Source of the DNA: Klebsormidium nitens
Taxonomy: Eukaryota > Plantae > Klebsormidiophyceae
DNA length: 64,000 nucleotides
Direction: 5' to 3'
Assembly: GCA_000708835.1 (NCBI GenBank)
Contig: DF236984.1
Coordinates: 124,001 to 188,000, forward strand
Made by a program: the position numbers and the translations under genes. Shown in pieces: positions 12,733 to 25,681 of the stretch. The notes beneath the pieces are model-generated. The model worked only from the letters and a program-made list of their open reading frames with translations, was not told the origin of the DNA and searched no databases. Position 1 is the stretch's first letter. Every line of letters begins with the position of its first letter.

Positions 12733-15700
12733 TTAATGGGCTGTAACCGCGCGCAACGAAAAGGCCGCGCTCTCTTGCGCCCTCGCGCGCCTAGCCACCA
12801 ACAGCTCCTCACGTCTCTTACCCCCCTCGCTAACCCTCTTCTCCTGCCTCTCCAAGATCCCGTTCTTCACCTCGGCTAACCTAACCCTCTGCTGGTTGAC
12901 CACGTCCAGGTGTCGCGCCACCGACTTCCCGGCCTTGCTCCGCGTCGCCTCGAGCGACACGTGGCGCCGTTTGGCGGCGTTTTCCTGCGAGGCACGTGCC
13001 TTGCCAGCGGCGCGCCACGCTTGGAGCTGCTGCGCCGCGGCCGTGGCCGCGGCTTCCCTGTGGTCGGCTGAGAGGCGGCGAGCACGGAAGAAGGCGTCCC
13101 TGAAGGTACAGAAAGAGATCCTCGTTAACATACGTACCAAAAAAATAACCTACAGTTGAATAGGTCCATGAATACTACTTTGCTGATTCTGGTTTTCCCA
13201 AGAACGATAAATGCTCTTGTAGGAGATGATGTTGGATCCAACTGAAGATGGTCCCCAGAATTTCAAGCCTTGAAATAGAGTAGTCGTCTTCTGCTCAAAT
13301 TTCATGTTTTTTTGCAACCCAGAAAAACGACAACAGGAGAGCTCGCGCAGGGAGGGCGAATCGACGTCCAGATTGAAGAGCGAGACGAAGCAAAATCCTG
13401 AGGTTAAACGGCACCTCGCATATCCAGGAACATTTCTGTCGGGTTCAAATCTCAGGAAAGGTTGGAGTGAACTTTGAGTACAAAGCCGTACCTCTTAGTT
13501 ACGGCAGCCTTCAACTCCGCTTCGATCTTGTTCGCGAGCCCAGCAGCTATTTCAGCTCTAGCCTGGCTGACACGTGTCCTCGTCTCGTGCACCTTCTCAA
13601 GCATTGCGCGCGCTTTCTGCGCACGCGCGTCGCGCAGCGCCTGAGCGCGCGCTCTCGCTTCGCTTCCCAATTTCCGGGAATCTGGGTTTGCATGACGGGT
13701 TTGGAGCTAACCCGGGGTCTGGCAGTCCGTCTGGCGGCCTCCTTGACGCTAGCCACGTGTCTGGCGCGGCTGCGAAAGAGGGAAGTAATTATAAGAAGAA
13801 CGTCTTCAACCAACATATCTGGTAAGCGGAAGATGAACAAAGTTACGACTGACAGGTTGCCGGAAGATATAGATTCAGCTCTTTTGTCAACTGCCTTAAG
13901 CAATGCCAAACTTGGAGGCGACTGGTAGAAGGGGTTCATTCCTTCCCCTTGTAAAGTCTGGGTTTCAAACTTCAACTACGCCTTGAAATTGATGAAGACG
14001 TATGGATGTCCCTACAAATCGAAGTACTAGGGCAAGGAACTTCAAATCGTAGAATTTCAAACGGGACATCGATCGGCACAACGGAGAACAGCAGCTACCG
14101 TGAAGAGCTGTGATCCGGGTTTTGCTTTGGCGATTCATAAAAAGAATGGCCGTCGCGTTAGACGGGAAGGACGGAGTAAGATTCACGTGCAACGAACCGC
14201 TGACGACTTACTTCATTGCAGCCCACATCAAGCGCTGGTCCAGCTCTGCGACTCGCCCTTCCACCGACCCCTCCAAGCGGCGTCCCGAACGGGCAACGTT
14301 CCCAGGTCTGGTCGCCAGAAATACCGCCCGTCTCTCTTCTGCCCGTCTCTTTCTCTTCTCGAGTCCTCGCCTGATCGCGGCACTTTTCAGTACCCCAAAC
14401 CCTCGAGCCCACGCGCGTCGGCGCTCGCTTCGCTTTGCGCGCGCGGCCGCGCGCGCAAGAGTCTCGGACCTCCTGGCGCGCGCGTTCTCCAGCTTCGTCT
14501 CGAGGCGGAACGCCGCGGCCTTCTGGGCGCGTGCGCGCTGTGTGTTGGCGTGCGCCAGGCGCGCTCTGGAGGTTTGGGCGCGCGCTTGGACGCGTGCGAT
14601 GGTTGCTTCGCGCCTCTCGGTGGCCGCCTCAAGGCGGGACTCCAAATTAACCCATATCTGCACGATGAGACTGATATTTAAGCTGTTTGTCGTTGAGATG
14701 ATCGGATGCACGTGTCGGCATGTCGTTCAGAAAGAGGCTTTCATTATTGTGTCAAGGACATCCGTACGGAATTTAGTCCAACCGGTCACTCGGAGAAGGG
14801 ATATTGATCAGACATGAGTCTGGAAGCAAACCATGTTTCTTCCCGGAAGAGAGGGAAGTATTAACTGAGTATTAACTCGGAAAGCCAGAAGACAACGAGA
14901 TTGCAGCGGAGTCTAGAAAGAAACCAAATAGTCCTGCGTCGAGAACCTCATGAAGTCCAAAAGCTCAAATCAAAGATCAAAGCACCAGACCTAGGCGTGG
15001 AGCAGCAGACGACAGAAGCGGAAGCCTGTAGTTTTCCACATCTGAAACGCCATGTTTTCGCAGCGAATCGAACCTACAATTGAAACTCCCACGCGCACGC
15101 ATGCTGCCAACAGAAGACGGCCAACTTCAAACCGGAGCGGAACTGAAACGGAACCCCACCTTTTGCAGCTTCACTGCCAGCCGTTCGCGTCCCTGGATCA
15201 CGGCCCCCGACCCCATCGCGGCCGCGCGCGCGCACGCCGTCCTTTTGTGCGCGAGCCTCCTCGCAGAGGCGTCGACGAGCTTGCCGACGAACCGCTCGAA
15301 AGCCGCCTTCTTCGCGGCGGAATTACGGTCCGCGACGTGCTGACAGCGGACGGAACCCAGCTGGCGGGCGGTGCTGACGCGAGATGACGTCAGGGAGAGG
15401 CGACGGGAGGCGGCGAGGGTTTGGGCGTGAGCGGAGAGGGCTTGGCTGAGGATCGCTCTGGTGCACTTTCTGTACGGGGATGAGGATGAAGGTTCAGTTT
15501 CTGGTCATTTCATGGCCTTTCTTTCGTGAATCTTCGTTCGATTGAAGGGTAGGGCTGGTGATACGAGGCTTCACGATTTTTCCACAAGCATACGCGACTG
15601 GAGAATCAAAACTTTGCATCGTTTCCTCAAAGGAACACACCGCATGCCAGCACGGCTTGTATCTGCCAGTCTTCTGGGACGACCTCAAAATATTTTTCCA

Positions 15701-18495
15701 CTCACCTCCAGGATTCAGAACTTATGTTCGATGTCAATTGGAAGGACCATGTTGTTAGACGGCCTTTCGAATGCCAGGTTCACAGATTCTTTTATCAGTA
15801 CTTCCATCCGTCATTGGATCTCACCTCGCCACAGCCTCTGCGACTCGAACGGTCCCCATAGTTCTCCCCTGCTCCCTCCTCTCAGCAATCCGCTCCTCCC
15901 TCCTTGGTCCATGCACCTGCGCATCCCGGGCAATCCTGGCTGTCAGATCCCCCACCTTCTTCATCCAACGGCCCCACAATGCCGCCCGTTTTGCAGCGCC
16001 CACGAGCCGCCGCGCTGCGACGGTTGTCGATCTCTTTAGCGAGGCCCTGTTTTGGGCGCGATTGACGCGGGCGGCCAGGGCTTTCGCCTTGCTCTGGAGC
16101 CGTGACAGGGCCTCCTGGGCGCGCTTGGCACTGACGTGAGCGTGACGTGTACGCTTTGCCAAGGCGGCTGCGCGGCGTTCGGTGGCTCGCTCTAGTTGCT
16201 GTTGGAGTCTGGCGCGCTTCGAGCCTAGGCGTTCCAGGAAGCGCTGGCGGCTCTCGGCGCGGCGCAGCCTCAGGCCCTGACCTCTGAAGAGCAAAGAAGG
16301 ACGGAGTTCTTTTTTGTCCGGTTCTCGTCTTTTTTCAGTAATCTCATGACGTAAATCTGATGGACATTTTCATAAACCCATCTTTAACGGTAAGCCGTGC
16401 TACATTCTCTGATTACTGGCATAGAAGCGTGGACAGGTGGGGTCTAACCGTGTGGCCAAGAGCAATTGACTACCGCAACTGGCAACCTGGTACTTAAGAA
16501 ATACCTGGAACCTTCTGTACCATGAGGCCCTTTTACCCTAGAGGGCTGGATTTCCTGGAACGGGCACAAGAGTTCACGAAACTCCAGCAGACTTTCCAAA
16601 GCTGTCCATTGAATGTCCAGATGTGACGGTTGGACAGGGTCACACGCTGCCTGTCTACTTCACATGTGCGGAAACCATGCGAAGCTTCTCAGCACGCCTT
16701 NNNNNNNNNNNNNNNNNNNNNNNNNNNNNNNNNNNNNNNNNNNNNNNNNNNNNNNNNNNNNNNNNNNNNNNNNNNNNNNNNNNNNNNNNNNNNNNNNNNN
16801 NNNNNNNNNNNNNNNNNNNNNNNNNNNNNNNNNNNNNNNNNNNNNNNNNTTACTGAAGCCGATCCATCCGGGATATTAAGCCGTCTTGCAGACAGCCACG
16901 CAGTGCGTCGTTAAGACGTAACCACCGCCGTTTCGCTAACTCGCGGTCAACGAAATCCTGTCGAGAACGAGGTTAGGCTTAACCAGTCGTAATCGTTACA
17001 CCAGAATTCGAGAAACGCTTAGCGGTTTTGAGACTCCAGCATAGAAAGCAGATCAGGAGCTCTCAATTCTGCCCGAGATACTTGTGACGGGCAAACAGTG
17101 CGTCCTGCGGTAGCTTAATGTCGCTCTTTTTGCCTGATGTGAAACACAAGGTATGAAAACTCAGCAAAGATGTGAGTAAATACAGAGCTGAAAATTCCCT
17201 ACTTTTCCTCAAGATGCTTGTGACGGGCAAACAGTGCGTCTTGCTGTCGCTGCTTGCTCCGCTCTCGCTTCTTCAGTAGTGCCACCTGGCACGCTTTGCG
17301 AGCACTGGAAACCGCGTGGGTTCCGAACTTGGCCCCCTGAGCGATGGTTGCGAGGCGGGACCGCTCACGGCGTGACTCTGCTGACGTCATCTTCTCCACG
17401 TGGGAGAAGGCGGTCGAGGAGATGCGCATCTTCCGGGTGCTGAGGGCCCTGTAAAAATTGCAGATTGTGGATTTTGTGAGTGCGTTCCAGAGCACTGGTT
17501 AGTTTTGCAAGGCCTTTGGCATAATATTGAGCAAGGACGTCTGCTGACGTCATTTTTGCGCACGAAGAAGGCAGCGAAGGTCAGCAGAGATGCACTTTTT
17601 CACTGGTGCTGAATATCACTGAACTGGGCTTTGACTAGTCATTCGCTGTTTGATGGAGAGTCCATGAAAGCAGCGACAGTACGGTTGTCGGCAAAGAGGC
17701 GTTTTGACTTTGTGGAGTGGGAAGTGGCTGATCAGGAATGAGAGCCTGGCTGTCCAGCTCAACTAACTTCTGTTGCTTCTCTTCGAGAACGACTGCCAAA
17801 ACGCCTGGTCATGTCCTACTTTCAAGGTCCTCTTGCAGTTCCCTCTATGAAGAAGTAAAGAATTATCACATGGGCAGACAGTGGGCCATGCTCTGGACGA
17901 TAGACCAAAACGTTTTGGACAAGACCACCCCAGACACAGCCTCCCTTTTGTATGTAAAGGCTTTTGTATTCATGTACGAGAAAACCAGGGCATGTGCCTC
18001 AGGATAGATGCCCAAAGTACCTACTTGGTTCTTACCAGGGCACGGGGAGGAGTATTTGGCTCCTAGACCGTTTCTCCATTACAGGCCATTGAAGTATGGA
18101 TTAATCACATTACCCTGAGATACAGCATCAAGGAAAAATAGCAACCATCTCAATTTTTAGCTAGCTCCGGGCAGCACCCCTCTTTGGTTCAGAGGAAAGG
18201 CTTACCTGAGCACTTTCTCATTCACGCTCCCTGCTGCCGCCTGCCGCTCCGCCAGCTGGTGCGCTCGCATGGCCCGTGCCCGCTCCATTTTCTCCTCCAT
18301 ACCGAGTTCCTTTCTTCCTCCCCACTTCTTCTTCAAGCGCAGCGCCACTGGCGGCAATTTCTCCCCTGCTGAAGTACCCGCCCTTGAAAGTTTCTCACCT
18401 GTTCTTTCCTGTACGTCATGTCGCCTGCTGAAGACCATCAGGACTGACATGGGCGATGTTATCATGACTGGCGGCCAGCGAAATGTAGTACTCAA
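12733..18495 (-). CDS. Arg/Ala/Lys-rich helical-repeat (coiled-coil) protein of unknown function
   Basis: Exons: up to 18495-18206, 17448-17203, 16283-15825, 15469-15160, 14657-14212, 13769-13492 (needs a 71-nt intron at 13711-13641 or a frameshift), 13099-12733 (stop). Junction phases are otherwise compatible. Repeats such as MEEKMERARAMRAHQL, LESRLEAATERREATI and LETKLENARARRSETL. The start codon is uncertain. Confidence 0.75.
16701..16849. other. Assembly gap (149 N) in an intron
   Basis: Run of n. Confidence 0.99.
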
Positions 18496-18745
18496 GAGAA
18501 ACCGGTTGGGCTAGCTGGCGCAGAGCTGCTCAAGTTGGCGCCTACACTGAAGTTGGTGAACGCGTCACCGTCGACCCTAGTCGGACACAACAAGAGCCCC
18601 CACCAGCTAGCTCAGACAACTGTTTGAAGCGCTTTTAAAGTGAACTTGCATCTGGCTGCTTGGTTGGCTATTTTCCGCTTAAGAGCAGGCACACCAGGCT
18701 TCAAGCTCGTAAGCAGGTGCGATCAGCTCCGGAATGATGCATCAT

Positions 18746-19025
18746 ACTACATTGACCATCCCGTTGTCAAAAAGCGCACTTTAACTAGGTACATTTCGGG
18801 GTCCCGAACTTTCCGCTGGCTGGGGCTGGCACCGTCCGATGAGTGCCACGTATAGGGACCGAGTCCAAGTCTGTCAGAATTGCNNNNNNNNNNNNNNNNN
18901 NNNTGTTTCATTGGCCAGTTCAATTCCGTACATTTGACGTGGCCCCGCTGGATGAACAGCCCCGTATCTTGCGGGCCCCGGGCAAATCGTAGTGCGCTTT
19001 TTGACAACCGGCCGGACAATGTAGT
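18746..19025. mobile_element. MITE-like element of about 280 bp with long terminal inverted repeats
   Basis: Perfect 18-bp inverted repeat gttgtcaaaaagcgcact (18763-18780) / agtgcgctttttgacaac (18991-19008), plus outer actacattg (18746-18754) / caatgtagt (19017-19025). A 20-N gap (18884-18903) lies in the middle. No clean target-site duplication. Confidence 0.65.
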
Positions 19026-19480
19026 TAGTATCAACAGTTAGTGCCAAAGTTGCTGAACATGACAACTTTCAGAAGAACTGGAATGCAGCCTTCACCAGGG
19101 CCCTCAGGTTTGCAATGAATATGGTTCAGGCAAAGTGTTGATCATCAGGCTGCTTTCCTTGGATCTGCTGACACTCTGCTCATCCAAAGCGAAGAAGAAT
19201 GGAGGCCGCCGGGCTGCATCCGCAGGCATGTGCGCACATTCGCCGCATTTTGCGGTTCTGGATGTCCACGCGCAATGGGGATCTGCATCGACGGCTGCAT
19301 CGTAATACAAGTTGATCGAACGGCTGTCAATTGAAAAGACTCCGATCGAGGGGGATCCCTGGTGTACTCGAACAATATCGCGGCCGCTGCGACTTTCCAC
19401 CGGAGCGCGCGCGCCTTGTTTGATGTCCAGCAAGCCTGTGCACTTCAAAGAATCCCCAATTGCATTGTCAGCAACACGCA

Positions 19481-22400
19481 ATGGCGACCAGCATGGCGCT
19501 TGACCTCGCGCAATCTGCTTCAAACCACGCCTGTTGGGTCCCTGGGGAATTCAGGGGACCCCAGTCCCTGCTGCAGAGGCCTTATCTAGCCCCTTGCTGG
19601 CGCTCATTGGAGCGGCATTGCGTTTTACAATGGACGCCGATCGCCGCCGCAAATGCTAGAGATTTTGCACATGGTTTTAAGCGAAGACAAGCTCTGATTT
19701 TTGAGGTCAGCAGAGAAGGTGGTGTAAGAGCTGAGACTAGGGTTAGGGCGGCCAATTTTGACAGTTCCTTGCAGGGGCGTGAAAGAGAGCCCACTTCTGG
19801 TGCTGATGAAGCAGTCACTTGCAGTAGGGTTGATGAAAACCTTGAAGGAGATTTACATGGGACGCCTGCAGGTTCGTCCAGCCAGGACTCGGTGACATAT
19901 TCACGAAGAAAACTGGGGTTGCTGGCAATTCCGCTGGTGTTAATAGCCGCCGAAGCGAGGGCAGAAGAAGCAGATGGTCAGAGCGCACCACCACTCGCCT
20001 CTAGCCAAGAGAGCAGCTCGATTGCAGACAGCAAGGCTAGCGAATCTCCACAAACAAAAGATGAGTTGCTGGACGGGGATAATATTAAGGTGTCTGGAGG
20101 AACCTCCAAAACGGGAAGGCTGGAAGTGGGGCCTGACTTTCGACGATACCGGGCGGAGGACTTCTCGATCTACGTGCCGAGGAGCTACGAGAACGTGACG
20201 GAAGTTGACGTGAGTTGCATTGTCTGGTGAAAGTCCTTTCCACTGGCAGGAGGGAGAACTGCTGCATGTCAGAAGAGTCTGCCATGAGGGGATCATGCTG
20301 ACAGCCATAACTGCAGACAATCTGCCCCGCCAGTCAGGACTGTTTGAAGTGATGAGACAGGAGACTAGGATCATTTGAAAATAAACGTGGCTCATTGTGC
20401 GCGGTGGTTCAAATTTGAGAAAGGAAAGCTTCAAAGGAACCTATAGTACTATTGGAAGCCAATTTGAAAATGATAGCAAGTGCTTTGTCAGGCCCCCCTG
20501 TCATTGCTTAACAAGGTCCAGTTTGCATACGCCAATATTGGTCAGTGAGTTGGGCCTTAGGTGAGAACATCCATTTGACCTCTCCAGAAAGTTTTCAGCA
20601 AACTATTTTCTCCTTACTCCGTACTGCTTGAGCAATGGTTTGTTCTGTCAAGGGGGCTGCAAATAAATTCTCAGTGCAGAAACACGCTGTCTCTGAATCG
20701 GGGCTCTCTACTGACCTTATTGAACCAAGTGCAATAATGTTCATACAAGGAATCTGCCTTGGCTCTATTGCTTATTACTGGAATCCTTTTCAAGCTTTCG
20801 GCCCCGGGAGGCACCAAGGCTTGACTCAAAGTATGACGTATTACGTATTCCCGTTGCTTCAGTGGGTTGGCGTCACCTGAAACAAGCACAATGCCTCCGT
20901 TTGTTGTCTTCGCCTGCTGCCTCAATTTTACCAAGTCGGTCCCTTCAGAACCTTGATAAAATGTTTCTAAGACCGATGGATGCACTAAGACATGCGCTGG
21001 TGAGCATGTCATTAACATATAGGTGCTAACAACCGCTCGGTGAAACTTTTCTGAACGTCGGCTCCAAGTCAACTTGGTTGCCACTTCATCCGCTTCCCGC
21101 TCGTAGCTTGGATAATTGGTCTTCTTTTGGCTTTTGTAGGCCCTGCATTCTGGCGTCTGAAAGAGCCAAGTATTCCTTACTTTGTCAAGTTTCCCGGGGT
21201 CTTTCTGCTGACGAATAGCGAGAAGTTGGCGTGTGGCCCCCTTTACAGCACTCCTTAATGAACAGTCACCTACGGTAGTGCCTGGCAGAAAGGTTGTGGC
21301 TTTCAAAACATATGCTGAGCTCTTCCGCCCCGTTTCCCACTTCTTCCCGGTCGACTAATGCAGGGCTGGAAAACCGTAAAACCATCAACCCACTTGAGGT
21401 CTGCATTGAGTCTGGCAGTCTGGCAGTGGCAGTGTTCTTGAAAACAAACAGGTGCTGAAGGAAGCGAAACCTTTGCAAAAGGCTGCACTGAAAGTTGGGG
21501 TTCTATGCTCTAAACGTTGGGCTTCGCTCACATTTTTCACATTTTCCCCCCAGGACAACCCCCGGTCGACCCTCACTATGGAACAGAAGGCTGCCAACCG
21601 CCCGTACGCCGCCCGGTTTGCCTCTGCCGACCAGGCCGAGGTCATCACGGTCGTCATACGAGACGCCTCGACGTTGCGGCTGTCGTTTCTGCAGACCAAA
21701 GATATCAGCGACTTAGGGTCGCTAGATAAAGCGGCACAACTATTGCTCCCGCGTGAGTCACGGAACTTTCTGACCTGCATATCTCTGGTGGTTTTAACAA
21801 CTGTTTCACTTGTTATGATTATGGCGTTCATCGTCCTGACATTCGGACCCTGTTTGAATCTTTCTTTCATGCAATAGGGCGCTGGCAGTCGAACAGACGA
21901 GAGAAGCGTTACAATACCTGCATAGTTCGCAACCACGAAGCACTGGCAATCTTAACTCAGGAACTTGAAGTAAAGCTGGAATCTTCTGCAAAGGGCCCGA
22001 CGGAAGCAGATACCGACAAATGGAGAACGCGCCTCGAGGACGAATGTTGGTTTGAAAGGCACGACACCGCTTTGTTTGGACAAAGGGACGCCTTTTGACA
22101 AATGAAGTAACTTAGAGGATCACCTGCGGAAAAACGCGCGTGCAACTGTTTTGTACTTCAATGCAATTGTCCAACTTGCCTCCAACAGAAGTCAACAAAG
22201 CGCTACTACTGAAGAATTGCAGGAAAGTTGAAGAGAGCGTCATTGCAACGTCTTTAGAAGGTAATATGCAGCAGCGTCTTGGGCTAGGTAGAGAAGCGCT
22301 GATACCGCTTTTTTGGGTGACAAAAGACCATACTGGCTTGCTTCTCTGGCGCCCTATGACGTCAGGCGTGAAAGAGGGCGTATCACCAGGACGTCGACGT

Positions 22401-23896
22401 CAGCACCGGTCTGCGTTTAGCAGTGTCTCGCAATTGGAGGCACAAACCTGGACACTTGGCTTTCGGCAACGAAAGAGCAGAGCGACTTTTTGAGCCGTCG
22501 CCATGTGCCGTCCTTCAGATGCGACTGATTATACGGCCTCTTAGTGAGGTTCCAGAATGCCCTCAAAGCCTCTGTTAACCTGTTCCAACTAATTCCCTCC
22601 CAAGTTTCTCCCAACTTTCCTTTAAAGGTACCAGCACACCGTCAAAGTCTCTATTAACCTGTTTCAAGTAACCCCGCCCGAGTTCCCTTTTACAGTATCG
22701 TCAAAGTCTCTATTAACCTGTTCTGACTAACCCCTTCCATTTTCCCTTTTGCAGCTGGCGCCAAGATCCTCAAGTCTCGGGTTGTAACCCAGGAGGTTGA
22801 CCGGGGCCAGGAGCTCGAGAAGGTGGTCAAGTCCCTGCCGGTGGACATTGACACCAAACTCAAAAGGTAAGGCGAGTGCCGTGCAACGTGAGGCACTGGT
22901 GTCATGCTTTTGCTAGTTTGGGAACGCTTCGCGGCAACCCTTCCGTAACATAGGTTTACATCGTTGGGATAATGACCGGTGCTGACAAATAAGGGCGACC
23001 CGAAAGCTTAGAGATAGCAGTGATGGCCGCCCTGGAAAGGTAAGCCGCGCCGCCTTGGCGAGTTGCTGTCCTTTACGCAAACTGTCGCCCTAAGACGAGG
23101 GACGCATCCTTTGGCGCAGTTCTTGGATGATGCGTCCCCTCACATCTACTAAATTATTCTAGCCATTTCCATCCTGTCGATCAGAATACTAAACATTTGA
23201 GCGTCCGCGCTTTCACCTCTTTCTTTTTCCCGTACCCTACGGAGTCCGTAAACCTTTTGGTCCTTATTCTGTTCCTTATCCGAGTATTTTACAAGCCCTG
23301 TAACAATAGAAGCACGAGTAACGTGCAGATCAGTTGCACCCGCCCTTGTTTCTAAATTCTTAACACCCTTATCACGTCCTTAATCCTAACTTGAGTCCAT
23401 TCTGAAAGGCTTTTCAACCTGTGTTGCAGAAACTATTACCAGTACGAGTTTTACGCCCGGGGTCAACAAGTGGCGCTGGCTGCCGCCGCACAGAATGGCA
23501 AGGTGAGGTTCCAGGCTTCTGCATTCTCAGTGTCACAGATGCTTAGCGTTCCGGTTTCAGGGTTTAGGATTCGAAGATTTCGGGTGCGCTTGTTCTGGCG
23601 CTCATGTGGCAAAGGTGCTCGCCTTCATGGCGGGTTCGAGCAATCAACAGCCGATCAGAGAAATCTTCGACGTTCGTTCAACTAAAATTTCACAAAGACT
23701 GGCGCTCGTTTTCGGTTCATCGACTCACTCGGGAGGCCATTTGCAACAAGTTGAAGGGATATTGGCTTGTTCTTGACATCAGAATCTGTTGCCCACCTTG
23801 CAGATTTACGTCGTGGGCGCGACTGTTCCAACAAAGAGGTGGAAGGACCTTGCGAAGCAGATGAGGACGATAGCGAACTCGTTTGAGCTTCGATAG
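19481..23896 (+). CDS. PPD5: PsbP domain-containing protein 5, thylakoid lumen (about 401 aa)
   Basis: Exons 19481-20209, 21554-21752, 22755-22866, 23430-23502, 23804-23896 (1206 nt, in frame). Twin-arginine signal SRRKLGLLAIPLVLIAAEARA. YAARFASADQAEVITVVIR...LSFLQTKDISDLGSL, YYQYEF...VALAAAAQNGK and IYVVGAT...RW match the plant PPD5 motif pattern. Confidence 0.88.
20671..21306 (-). mobile_element. Orphan 211-codon open frame nested antisense in PPD5 intron 1, possibly transposase-derived
   Basis: Stop-free 636 nt with no in-frame ATG near its 5' end; weak resemblance of YPSYE...W...RAVVSTYML to CENP-B/pogo-type HTH segments. Confidence 0.25.
22561..22754 (+). repeat. Three tandem copies of a branch point-polypyrimidine-AG cassette in PPD5 intron 2
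   Basis: tcaaag(c/t)ctct(g/a)ttaacctgtt at about 22563, 22643 and 22701, followed by AG acceptor-like ends at 22627, 22695 and 22754 (the last is the one used). Confidence 0.8.
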
Positions 23897-25681
23897 CGGT
23901 GACTCCTTACTGAAGCCCGTCCTGAATCATGTCAAGTGCATTTGCAAAGGTTTTGCTAATTTGATTTGCGTGCGGTCTCATGACTTTCCACTATTTGGTT
24001 TCCGGTCCAACATATCGCTCTGGTAGTACCATCCTTCTGTATCCAAGCCCCTTGATGATTCAAATCTGATAATGCACAGCGGCATGTAACAGGTTACTTA
24101 CATAGTTAATGCATTCGCCGGACCACCATGTAATGTTTGCTCTGACTTCTCTCGCCAGGCTGGTTCAATCAATCAGAATTAAACGACAGACCTGCTGTAG
24201 CTAATGGCTGACGCGGTCCTCAAACACCGCCGAGCTGACCGTCTGCCCCATCGGGGCTCTCCCGGGCGGCCCTCTGACTTGCTTGATCCTAAGATGTATC
24301 GCGGGACATGTTACTGAGTCAGAATGATTGAATCGTCGGATTGATCTGACCCATAGACTGTTCGTGCGAGGACATTGCTCAACATGCATGCCAGCCGCCT
24401 GATTCGTGCGCGTGACCTACGTATATTAGCTCGTGAGAAAGCCCCGCTGCTTCTTCGAGACAGTGACGCGCCGAGTCATGCATAGTGATGGATATAAGTT
24501 CCTTCACGTGCTGCGCTGCAGTGACGGGAATGTGCGCACGCAGAACATATGTAATACAACACGTTAATTGGAACGTATCTGCACAAGGAGAAAACGTCGG
24601 GCTCAGGCTGCCAGCTTGTGATCGAATGATGTTAATTAGACGGTGGATGAATGATTGTATTCAATAATTCTTTGGCCGCGTCGGACAGCCGAGCCAGGCT
24701 CCGGCAAACTGGCCGCCACGCAACTTTGATATGGAGATGTTCCGGGCGCGCACAAACGTACATCCAATACTTATAGATGATGTTAGACGGTGGAATAATT
24801 GAACCTAGCTGTCTGACGGCCGGCCGAGTCGTGATCTAACTGATGTTGCAACCATGTTCGATGAAGCTAGCAATTGCACACGAGGCGGCCGCCATGATCG
24901 AGTCACTCCTAGAAAAAGTTATATTCTACTGCGCTGAGTCCGCGAGAAGATAGCCGAGTGACTCAGCTTACTAGAGTTCAGTGCATCCAATCATCATGTG
25001 CCATACTATACAACGGTCAAATATCATTTCAAAACATGTTGACCGTCGTCAGCGCTTCATAATTAATGAACTTCAGGCGGCCTGCATGAGCGCATGCATA
25101 TATGAAGGTATACGGCGTGGACGGATGAGTGATCGACTGTACGACCAACTTATAACGGCCGCCCAAACTTTGGAGCTAGCCTGCGGCCGCCATCTCGGCA
25201 GTTGCTTGACCGCTATACGCGCGGTGGCCGGATGATTAAGAAACGCGACAATTCAGGGACATAAACCGTGATCGACAGCGGGCCCTGGCCATGCCTGATC
25301 GATTACTGAGGTAAGTTTGACTGCTTTGCTCATCCATATTGAATACTCTTTGAACGAGTTATGAACTGGTGATGCAAACGAGACTGTCCTTCGGTACTCC
25401 TTACTCCTAATTCCTAACTGTGACATGCATGAACTAAGCTACGAGTCATACTTTCAAACTTTAGCTAAGCTATGCATCGTCAGTAAAAAAAACTTTTCAT
25501 TTTACATCCACAAACATCTACATCTACAGCCACCGGCCTAGGCACTGCCAATCACCCCAACAACGCCCGGACAGTTGCTAGAGTTTCAGTGCCAGTTGCT
25601 TCTCTTGTCACGCTAAGCTACCGTAGTAATTGCAAATGATCGCCAACTTAGTTGTTAGTGTTACCTATGCATCTGAAGGAA

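Noticed and set aside
23099-23138. 10-bp stem hairpin gggacgcatc/gatgcgtccc, with similar small hairpins at about 19525-19551 and 24900-24964
   Set aside because: Isolated short stems are expected by chance, and bacterial-type terminator calls do not apply here.
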